A stretch of DNA of 64,000 bases. It comes from Eubacteriales bacterium. Lineage in GTDB: Bacteria > Bacillota > Clostridia > Oscillospirales > CAG-272. Of the stretch, positions 9,170 to 15,804 are shown piece by piece. Every line of letters begins with the position of its first letter. The stretch's first letter is position 1. The stretch is taken from contig JAZRTS010000155.1 in the NCBI GenBank assembly GCA_045652135.1, positions 1,765 through 65,764 on the forward strand, written 5' to 3'. A model generated the notes under the pieces. It saw only the letters and a list, made by a program, of their open reading frames with translations, had not been told where the DNA came from and did not search any database. The position numbers and the translations under genes are program-made.

Positions 9170-10282
9170 ATGGCAAGCTTATCACTTAAGCACATTTACA
9201 AAAGATATCCCGGCGGCGTTGAAGCTGTTTCCGACTTCTGTCTCGAAGTTAAGGATAAAGAATTTATTATTTTCGTTGGTCCTTCCGGTTGCGGTAAGTC
9301 AACGACTCTCCGTATGATCGCAGGTCTTGAAGAAATCACAGATGGTGAACTCTTCATCGGCGACAAGCTTGTAAACGACGTTGCTCCTAAGGACAGAGAC
9401 ATCGCAATGGTGTTCCAGAACTACGCTCTGTATCCTCATATGACTGTGTTTGAAAACATGGCATTCGGTCTTAAGCTCCGCAAGACACCCAAGGCTGAGA
9501 TCAAGCGCAGAGTTGAAGAAGCTGCACGTATCCTCGATATCGAACACTTGCTTGACAGACGTCCGAAGGCTCTCTCCGGCGGTCAGAAGCAGCGTGTTGC
9601 GCTCGGCCGTGCTATCGTTCGTAATCCTAAGGTCTTCCTTCTCGACGAACCGCTTTCAAACCTCGATGCTAAGCTCCGTGCTGCCATGCGTTCAGAGCTT
9701 ACAAAGCTCCACAAGAAGCTCGAAACAACGTTCGTATACGTTACGCACGACCAGGTAGAGGCTATGACAATGGCTACACGTATCGTTGTTATGAAGGATG
9801 GTAAGATCCAGCAGGTAGATACACCTCAAAATCTCTACGACAAGCCCAACAGAGTATTCGTTGCAGGCTTTATCGGTACACCTCAAATGAACTTTATCGA
9901 AGCTAACCTCACAAAGGAAGGCAGCGATGTTTACGTTGAATTCCAGGGTAACAAGATGAAGCTTCCCGCTGAAAAGGCAAACGCTCCCGAACTCAAGGAA
10001 TATATCGGCAAGGAAGTTATTGTCGGTATCAGACCTGAGTGTATCCACGATGAGCCTATGTATCTTTCACAGTATGCTGAATCAACAATTGATACATACG
10101 TAGAAGTTACAGAGCTTATGGGCGCTGAAATCTACCTCTATATCAAGACAGGTGAGCAGAACCTTATTGCACGTGTTTCCTCACGTTCACAGGCAAGAGC
10201 AGGTGACAATATCAAGGTTGCATTTGTCGTTTCCAGAATGCACATCTTCGATAAGGACACAGAGGCTTGCATTATCCACTGA
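9170..10282 (+). CDS. MsmX/MalK/UgpC-type sugar ABC transporter ATP-binding protein (orphan; no permease adjacent)
   Basis: Walker A GPSGCGKST, signature LSGGQKQRVALGRA, Walker B VFLLDEPLSNLD, C-terminal TOBE-like regulatory domain. AAAGGAG SD. Confidence 0.92.
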   Translation: MASLSLKHIYKRYPGGVEAVSDFCLEVKDKEFIIFVGPSGCGKSTTLRMIAGLEEITDGELFIGDKLVNDVAPKDRDIAMVFQNYALYPHMTVFENMAFGLKLRKTPKAEIKRRVEEAARILDIEHLLDRRPKALSGGQKQRVALGRAIVRNPKVFLLDEPLSNLDAKLRAAMRSELTKLHKKLETTFVYVTHDQVEAMTMATRIVVMKDGKIQQVDTPQNLYDKPNRVFVAGFIGTPQMNFIEANLTKEGSDVYVEFQGNKMKLPAEKANAPELKEYIGKEVIVGIRPECIHDEPMYLSQYAESTIDTYVEVTELMGAEIYLYIKTGEQNLIARVSSRSQARAGDNIKVAFVVSRMHIFDKDTEACIIH

Positions 10283-10382
10283 TAACGGCGGAAATTAATT
10301 GATATATCCAAAGCAGCCGGCATATTTTGTTCGGCTGCTTTGTCGATAGAACAATAGTTACTATATGAAAGGAATTTAAGCT

Positions 10383-12383
10383 ATGAAGAAAAAGATCATA
10401 TCGGGCGGTTTATTGCTTGCAATGCTCGTTTCGGCTGTTCTTACGTCTTGTTCAGGCGGTGATACGACTGACACAAACGCTCCTTCCGATACTTCTGCTT
10501 CTGTTGTTACCGATGCTGAAGGTAATACAGTTACGGATGCTGAAGGTAATACGGTAACGGAAGCCGTGGATACTGAACCCGAACCCGAAGCCCCCTATCC
10601 TACGGAAAATGATAATTTTGCAGGAACGCCTGCATATACGGTTGAAGGCGACAACATAATTGTTGACGGAGTCGCTTATCCCAATAAAAACAACTTTAAT
10701 TGCGGTCCGCTCGTTGCTGTTGACGATGTGGATCGTGAACTTAAAACCGCTGAAACGTCTAAAAATTACGTATCTGAAGGCAAATACGTCGGTCTGTTCT
10801 ACTTCCTTTGGATGGGTGAACACGGCGACAGCGGCATATTCGACATTTCCAAGATACTTGAAGAAGGCGGCGCTGCTGCAAGACGTTCCACATACAGGGG
10901 TTGGGGACCGCAGGGCGCGATGCATTTCTTTGCAGAACCCCTTTACGGTTACTATTACAGTTCGGACAAATGGGTTATGCGTAAGCATGCAGAGGAACTT
11001 GCAAATGCAAATGTCGACTTCCTCTATATCGACGTAACAAACGGTTATCCCTACGTTGAGAACGCAAAGGCACTTATGGAAGTGCTTCATGAAATGAATG
11101 AACAGGGCTGGGATGCTCCCCAGATAGTATTCTATACACACACAAATTCTGCTGATGTCGTTTCATCTCTCTACGGCTGGATCTATGCAAGAAACTTTTG
11201 TAAAGACACGTGGTTTATGGTTGACGGTAAGCCCCTCATTATTGCTTACGAAAATGAGATCTCGCAGTATCATATAAAGAACTTCTTCTCATACCGTGTT
11301 CCGCAGTGGCCTAATCAGGATGCTGTTCCTTCGGGCGGTTGGCCCTGGATGGACTTTGAGCGTCCTCAGCGTGTATTCAAGAATAACGGTGTTGACGAAG
11401 CGATAAGTGTTTCTATAGCGCAGCACTCAGGTACTGTATGCTTCTCCGACTCAGCTGTTTACGGAAGTAACAAGAACTGCGGCAGAAGCTACCACAACGG
11501 CAGAAATGACAGATCTGAGGGTGCATATCTCTACGGCTATAACTTCCAGGAACAGTGGGATCGTGCGCTCGAAGCGGACGTACCGTACGTTCTTGTTACA
11601 AGCTGGAACGAATGGGTCGCACAGCGTCAGGATGGCGGTACGAACAACAGAGTCGTATTTATAGATACGTGTGACATCGAATTCTCACGTGATGCCGAAA
11701 TGATGCGCGGCGGTTATTTCGATAACTACTATATGCAGCTTATCGACAATATCAGAGCATACAAGGGAACTGCTCCCACACTTGTTCAGGATACAAGAAA
11801 GATAATAGACATAAACGGCTCATTCGATCAGTGGAATGATATTCTCGTAACATACAGCGACTTCAAGGGTGACACGGCAGACAGAAACAATATGTCCTTC
11901 GGCAAAAAGACATTGACTGATACATCGGGCAGAAATGATATCGTGGCATCCAAGGTCGTTTACGATACAAAATATGCTTACTTCTACGTTGAAACAGCTG
12001 CTGATATAACGGCGGCAGATACGAATTCCACATGGATGCAGCTCTTTATCAATTCTGATAATGCTACAACAGGCTGGTATGGTTATGATTACATAATCAA
12101 CCACAAGGCTTCATCCGACGCAAAGACAACGCTTGCAAAGTCCACATCAGACGATGCATTTGCATTTGAAACTGCAGAAGAACTCGATTATAAGGTAGAG
12201 GGCAACAAGATGATGATCAGAGTTCCGTTGAAATCTCTCGGTATCAAGGATTACACGAAGATCAAGTTCTCGTTCAAGTGGGCTGACAGTGACGATGTCA
12301 TCGATACGATGGAAGAAATGTATACATCCGGTGACTCAGCACCTCACGGAAGACTCAACTTTATATTCCAGAACTACAAATAA
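10383..12383 (+). CDS. Secreted lipoprotein, putative glycoside-hydrolase-like catalytic domain plus C-terminal beta-sandwich (family not identified)
   Basis: Lipobox LTSCSGG. The VGLFYFLWMGEHG, VDFLYIDVTNG and LVTSWNEWVAQ blocks resemble TIM-barrel hydrolases that carry a (S/F)NEW motif. Functional assignment is tentative. Confidence 0.55.
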   Translation: MKKKIISGGLLLAMLVSAVLTSCSGGDTTDTNAPSDTSASVVTDAEGNTVTDAEGNTVTEAVDTEPEPEAPYPTENDNFAGTPAYTVEGDNIIVDGVAYPNKNNFNCGPLVAVDDVDRELKTAETSKNYVSEGKYVGLFYFLWMGEHGDSGIFDISKILEEGGAAARRSTYRGWGPQGAMHFFAEPLYGYYYSSDKWVMRKHAEELANANVDFLYIDVTNGYPYVENAKALMEVLHEMNEQGWDAPQIVFYTHTNSADVVSSLYGWIYARNFCKDTWFMVDGKPLIIAYENEISQYHIKNFFSYRVPQWPNQDAVPSGGWPWMDFERPQRVFKNNGVDEAISVSIAQHSGTVCFSDSAVYGSNKNCGRSYHNGRNDRSEGAYLYGYNFQEQWDRALEADVPYVLVTSWNEWVAQRQDGGTNNRVVFIDTCDIEFSRDAEMMRGGYFDNYYMQLIDNIRAYKGTAPTLVQDTRKIIDINGSFDQWNDILVTYSDFKGDTADRNNMSFGKKTLTDTSGRNDIVASKVVYDTKYAYFYVETAADITAADTNSTWMQLFINSDNATTGWYGYDYIINHKASSDAKTTLAKSTSDDAFAFETAEELDYKVEGNKMMIRVPLKSLGIKDYTKIKFSFKWADSDDVIDTMEEMYTSGDSAPHGRLNFIFQNYK

Positions 12384-12391
12384 TCAACACA

Positions 12392-12427
12392 TGCGGACGC
12401 TTGATTTCAAGCGTCCGCAATATTTTG
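12392..12427 (+). terminator. Rho-independent terminator
   Basis: 13-bp stem TGCGGACGCTTGA/TCAAGCGTCCGCA followed by ATATTTT. Confidence 0.75.
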
Positions 12428-12458
12428 CAAAAAAAATAATTTTTTTTGCAAAAAGGTA

Positions 12459-12486
12459 TTGACAAATCGAAAAAAATGTGTATAAT
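12459..12486 (+). promoter_or_regulatory. Promoter of tRNA-Leu
   Basis: TTGACA (12459-12464), 16-nt spacer, TATAAT (12481-12486). Confidence 0.5.
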
Positions 12487-12525
12487 ATACAATGTTGTGT
12501 GAAACACACGACAACAACGAAATAC

Positions 12526-12610
12526 GCGAGAGTGGCGGAACTGGCAGACGCGCACGTTTGAGGGGCGTGTGGATTTCACCGTACGGGTTCAAGTCCCGTT
12601 TCTCGCACCA
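12526..12610 (+). tRNA. tRNA-Leu (anticodon GAG), type II with long variable arm, encoded CCA
   Basis: Acceptor GCGAGAG/TTCTCGC, anticodon stem-loop CACGT-TTGAGGG-GCGTG, T-arm ACGGG-TTCAAGT-CCCGT, 3' ACCA. Confidence 0.9.
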
Positions 12611-12616
12611 TGAAGA

Positions 12617-12652
12617 AAATCTCTTTTGTCCGATAGACAAAAGAGATTTTTT
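12617..12652 (+). terminator. Rho-independent terminator after tRNA-Leu
   Basis: 14-bp stem AAATCTCTTTTGTC/GACAAAAGAGATTT, loop CGATA, T-run. Confidence 0.8.
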
Positions 12653-12660
12653 CAATGATT

Positions 12661-12820
12661 CCGTTCCTTGCGGTAACGGATGATATAGCTGACGCTATGA
12701 TATCTGCTTCGAAGATGATATACGCTTCGCGTGTGAAGGAACGGATATTATATCATATTTGCATAGCAAATATATCATACGGCACAAGCCGTATATCATA
12801 TCGCATAGAGATGTATCATT
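12661..12820. repeat. Hairpin-array element A: 10-mer GATGATATAC family, about 3 forward copies then about 4 reverse copies, separated by short unique hairpins
   Basis: Forward copies at 12679, 12696 (degenerate) and 12714. Reverse copies (TATATCAT core) at 12748, 12771, 12791 and 12813. Spacer hairpins include ATTTGC-ata-GCAAAT and ACGGC-acaa-GCCGT. Long-range inverted repeat CCGTTCCTT (12661) / AAGGAACGG (12736) encloses the left half. Confidence 0.6.
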
Positions 12821-12909
12821 TAAAATGGGAATGAGGATTTATGTCGGAAAATAAAGTGCTTTGAAAGAAAATATAAAGTAACAAAATTAAAATATTTTCC
12901 GTTTTACTA

Positions 12910-12938
12910 TTGACAAAACGAGTGTTTTGTGATATATT
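12910..12938 (+). promoter_or_regulatory. Promoter of the tRNA-Ser pair
   Basis: TTGACA (12910-12915), 17-nt spacer, TATATT (12933-12938) preceded by TGA (extended -10). Confidence 0.5.
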
Positions 12939-12956
12939 TATACCGTTGATTGTTGT

Positions 12957-13047
12957 GGAGGGATGTCCGAGCGGTTTAAGGAGCTGGTCTTGAAAACCAG
13001 TGACTCGTTCACTCGAGCCGTGAGTTCGAATCTCACTCCCTCCGCCA
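12957..13047 (+). tRNA. tRNA-Ser (anticodon TGA), type II, encoded CCA
   Basis: Acceptor GGAGGGA/TCCCTCC, anticodon stem-loop CTGGT-CTTGAAA-ACCAG, long variable arm, T-loop TTCGAAT. Confidence 0.92.
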
Positions 13048-13084
13048 ACTTTACAACAAAAAAAGAATAAAAGATCCTCACCGT

Positions 13085-13175
13085 GGAGAAGTACTCAAGC
13101 TGGTGAAGAGGCGCCCCTGCTAAGGGTGTAGGGCGGGAAACCGTCGCGAGAGTTCAAATCTCTCCTTCTCCGCCA
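13085..13175 (+). tRNA. tRNA-Ser (anticodon GCT), type II, encoded CCA
   Basis: Acceptor GGAGAAG/CTTCTCC, anticodon loop CTGCTAA, long variable arm, T-loop TTCAAAT. Confidence 0.92.
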
Positions 13176-13177
13176 CG

Positions 13178-13218
13178 TTATGCTTGCTGTTGCTATTCAA
13201 TAGCAAGCATAATCTTTT
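13178..13218 (+). terminator. Rho-independent terminator after tRNA-Ser
   Basis: Stem TTATGCTTGCT/AGCAAGCATAA followed by TCTTTT. Confidence 0.7.
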
Positions 13219-13469
13219 ATTACGGTTGCTTACATAGTAGCCTTTACTATTTCATTGCCCTTTGAGGACAGCCCCGGTATTAAGCCGCAGCGCACACTTA
13301 AAAGCGTGCAAGTATCATTTATCCCCTTGCTATGTCGTAGCCCATAATCGGGAAGGCATCCCGAAGTTGAAACGCTTGTGCGTTTTCGGTCAATGGCTTG
13401 CCGTAGAACGGCGGCAAGTGGAAAGTAAAGCAGTGCCGTTATTTGATTGTCAATGAACAAATATTCAAA

Positions 13470-13512
13470 AAAAACAATAAATATCCCCCCGTTTTACGGG
13501 GGGATATTTATT
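13470..13512 (-). terminator. Strong terminator of the 13529-14434 gene (symmetrical, possibly bidirectional)
   Basis: AAATATCCCCCCG-tttta-CGGGGGGATATTT, with a T-run on the minus strand (A-run 13466-13474). Confidence 0.8.
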
Positions 13513-13528
13513 GCCGTTATTTAATTTT

Positions 13529-14434
13529 TTAATAAAGTAAATATATATTGTAGCCGTCACCTATTGGCTCAAAATATACAGTAAAATATTTTAAAGGGTG
13601 AGCACCGCCGTACATCATATACATATCATTAAATGTAAGGACTTCATCATGCAGACGATTTTTAAGCCATTCGCCGCTTAATTCTGCATCCGCATATTGC
13701 GGAACAAACCACGACGAATTATCGGGAGTAACTACAACACCGTCGTTGTATACGGTGATATGTTGCATACCCACGGTTGCACCGAGGGCGGCAAGGTCGT
13801 TTTGTATAGCTTCGACGTCAAGCGGATAATCGCAGGGACTTTTTACCGGGGGTGTCGTTTCCGCATCTGTTACGGGTGCTGTTGTTTCTGTAGGCTTCGT
13901 TGTTTCAACAGGCTTTGCTGTTGTTTCGATAGGCTTTGTTGTATCAACGGGTTTTGTAGTTTCAACGGGTTTCGACGTTGTTTCAATCGGTTTCGTTGTA
14001 TCTTTTGGTTTTACTGTTGTATCGTTCTGCTTCGATGTCGTTGTGCCGGGTGACGTTTCATCGGGGGAAGTTGTCATAGCATCGGTGACAGCTTCGGTGT
14101 CCTCTACAGGTTCGGATATATCGGGTATGTCCTCGCTCGGTGTTTCTCCCGCCGTTTCGTCGTTTGTATTATCTTCGCTTTCATTCGGTATATCTTCTAA
14201 TATATCCCCGTCGGTGTCGGTCGGTGTATCTTCGATCGGCGTGCCTGTATTCGTATCGATCTCTATATCGATTCCCGTACTGTATTCGGTATCATCATAG
14301 GTATCTGTCTGCTCGGTCTGATGCTCTGTGTGTATATCTTCGGTGTATTCGCTTTGATATGTGCCTTTAGGCTCACAAGAAATGCACATTACCATCGATA
14401 ATGCAAGAATTGTCAATAAAGCTCGTCTGAACAC
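13529..14434 (-). CDS. Hypothetical lipoprotein with acidic and Thr/Pro/Lys-rich repeat linker and a ~100-aa C-terminal globular domain
   Basis: Start re-assigned to the GTG at 14434 (AAGGAG SD 7 nt upstream, signal FRRALLTILALSMVMCISC). The extra 97 N-terminal residues of the track ORF (to 14725) lack SD or signal logic and overlap the divergent promoter. Confidence 0.75.
   Translation of the reverse strand: MFRRALLTILALSMVMCISCEPKGTYQSEYTEDIHTEHQTEQTDTYDDTEYSTGIDIEIDTNTGTPIEDTPTDTDGDILEDIPNESEDNTNDETAGETPSEDIPDISEPVEDTEAVTDAMTTSPDETSPGTTTSKQNDTTVKPKDTTKPIETTSKPVETTKPVDTTKPIETTAKPVETTKPTETTAPVTDAETTPPVKSPCDYPLDVEAIQNDLAALGATVGMQHITVYNDGVVVTPDNSSWFVPQYADAELSGEWLKNRLHDEVLTFNDMYMMYGGAHPLKYFTVYFEPIGDGYNIYLLY
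13880..14014 (-). repeat. In-frame tandem repeats encoding KP(I/V)(E/D)TT units (6-7 aa period, about 7 copies)
   Basis: Protein segment VKPKDTTKPIETTSKPVETTKPVDTTKPIETTAKPVETTKPTETT. Matching 18-21-bp periodicity is visible in the DNA. Confidence 0.65.
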
Positions 14435-14462
14435 GGTATCACTCCTTTTAAATTTATTGGTA

Positions 14463-14491
14463 TTGACAAAACTGATTGAATATGCTATTAT
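14463..14491 (+). promoter_or_regulatory. Promoter of the 14552 gene
   Basis: TTGACA (14463-14468), 17-nt spacer, TATTAT (14486-14491). Confidence 0.45.
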
Positions 14492-14551
14492 ATATATGTA
14501 AGGAGCGCATCCGGTAATGTATTTGACTCCTAGTTGTAAAGGAGATAGTTC

Positions 14552-15202
14552 ATGGAACATGTTGAGACTCAGAGAAAGGCCGTTTTTCCTATTGTGCTTG
14601 CTGTACTCCAAGTTGTTGTGGTACTGGTTCTGATATCTTTCAGTTTTATGACTGGTGGATATCAGAAGGGTTTTTTTGATTTGGATGATATTCTTTTTGA
14701 AGGTATTTCCTCGTTTGCCAATCAATCCGATTATGATATTGTCATTGCAGCAGGTCGCCGCCTTGCTTTCCTTTCCCTTTTGGTTTTTGGCAGTATTTTA
14801 CTGGTGATATTTTTGAAAAGCAAGGCCAGAAGCTCTTTGCCGTCGTCCATCAGATCCCGTATTGTGGCACAGATCCTTTCCAATGCAATATTTTTGTTCT
14901 TTGCTTTTCTCCTTGTTGTGTACGAATTCAGCGGTTTTACCCGGATTTTGCTGTACCCTGCGGTGCTTGTCTGCGCCGTGATCTATGTAATCGTTACCAC
15001 CAAATATTCTGTTCGTGCAGGCGCAACCGCATTGATTTTACAGGCTTTGGCTTTTCTGGCCGCGTTCTATATTGTGTGGCTGATATGTCCGCTTTTCGGC
15101 GCACTTATGGTAGTTCTCGGTGACATTTTCTCCTTCCTGCTGGTATTGCTGCTGTTGAGCGGAGGATCTTCCACCTTTGTGCGCATTATCATCCGCTTGT
15201 AA
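14552..15202 (+). CDS. Hypothetical polytopic membrane protein
   Basis: AAGGAG SD 7 nt upstream of the ATG. About 6 hydrophobic helices. No recognisable family. Confidence 0.7.
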   Translation: MEHVETQRKAVFPIVLAVLQVVVVLVLISFSFMTGGYQKGFFDLDDILFEGISSFANQSDYDIVIAAGRRLAFLSLLVFGSILLVIFLKSKARSSLPSSIRSRIVAQILSNAIFLFFAFLLVVYEFSGFTRILLYPAVLVCAVIYVIVTTKYSVRAGATALILQALAFLAAFYIVWLICPLFGALMVVLGDIFSFLLVLLLLSGGSSTFVRIIIRL

Positions 15203-15260
15203 TCAATGAAAAAGAGCGGATTTTTTAGATGCCCGAGCTGAACAATTCCACCCCCCACCA

Positions 15261-15292
15261 AAAATCGACAGGTTTCGACCTGTCGATTTTTT
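15261..15292 (+). terminator. Rho-independent terminator
   Basis: TCGACAGGT-ttcg-ACCTGTCGA (UUCG tetraloop) followed by TTTTTT. Confidence 0.85.
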
Positions 15293-15294
15293 AT

Positions 15295-15463
15295 CCATTG
15301 CGAAAGCAATGGTATATCATCACGCGCAAGCGTGCATCTCATCACCGAAGGTGTATATCATCAGACGCAGGCTGCATTTCTTTTCGCAATGATGATATAC
15401 AAAACTTCGTTTTGATGATATGCAATTCCTGCGGAATTGATGATATACACGGCTTTTGCCGTG
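15295..15463. repeat. Hairpin-array element B: same 10-mer as element A, 3 reverse copies (GTATATCATC) then 3 forward copies (GATGATATRC), each followed by a unique short hairpin
   Basis: Reverse copies at 15312, 15334 (8/10) and 15353. Forward copies at 15391, 15414 and 15439. Spacers are CACGC-gcaa-GCGTG, CACC-gaa-GGTG, AAAAC-ttc-GTTTT, AATTCC-tgc-GGAATT and ACGGC-tttt-GCCGT. CCATTGCGAAA (15295) has its complement TTTCGCAATG at 15382. Confidence 0.65.
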
Positions 15464-15483
15464 GTTTATGTGAGAGTTCGAAT

Positions 15484-15574
15484 TCATACGCAAAAATGCA
15501 GAATATATCTTTTTTGTAGCCCATAGACAGAAAAAAGCACACATTTGTCTATCAAGACAATGTGTGCTTTTTTC
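15484..15574 (+). repeat. Direct repeat copy 1 (~91 bp, contains a terminator-like hairpin)
   Basis: TCATACGCAAA...AGAAAAAAGCACACATTTGTCTATCAAGACAATGTGTGCTTTTTTC. By eye it is roughly three-quarters identical to 16397-16486. Confidence 0.6.
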
Positions 15575-15577
15575 AAC

Positions 15578-15756
15578 GAAATTTGCCCTGCGGGCAAGTG
15601 AAATAGCTTCGCTGTGAAATATTTGCTTTGCAGATGTGAAATATTCGCTGACGCGAATGTGGGCAAATTTCATTTCACATTGCTACGAAGGAGCAATATT
15701 TCACAATGTGCGATAGCACATTATTTCACATTCGGCAACGCCGAATATTTCACTTG
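15578..15756. repeat. Hairpin-array element C: 10-mer GTGAAATATT, 3 forward then 3-4 reverse copies (AATATTTCAC), separated by short unique hairpins
   Basis: Forward copies at 15598, 15614 and 15636. Reverse copies at 15672 (partial), 15695, 15720 and 15744. Spacers include TGC-ttt-GCA, AATGTGC-gata-GCACATT and CGGC-aac-GCCG. GAAATTTGCCC (15579) has its complement GGGCAAATTTC at 15661. The last copy abuts the -35 of the 15805 gene promoter. Confidence 0.65.
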
Positions 15757-15782
15757 AAAAACGAACGGTTTTATGATATAAT
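15754..15782 (+). promoter_or_regulatory. Promoter of the 15805 gene
   Basis: TTGAAA (15754-15759), 17-nt spacer, TGATATAAT extended -10 (15774-15782). Confidence 0.55.
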
Positions 15783-15804
15783 AACGGCAGAAAGGCGGGG
15801 GAAT

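Noticed and set aside
13230-13460. 76-aa and 64-aa ORFs in the gap after tRNA-Ser.
   Set aside because: They have no SD, overlap each other on opposite strands and have implausible composition. The region is treated as non-coding (possible RNA).
12661-15756. CRISPR arrays (conserved repeats alternating with unique spacers).
   Set aside because: The repeats are only about 10 nt and the spacers 8-15 nt and self-complementary. Repeat orientation flips mid-array, and there are no cas genes in the window.
15320-15804. ORFs 15320-15673, 15342-15542 and 15484-15666, and the 15706 start of the 212-aa ORF.
   Set aside because: They are built from the hairpin-array and direct-repeat sequences and lie upstream of the mapped promoter. 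The in-frame ATG at 15805 has an SD and begins a sensible membrane protein.
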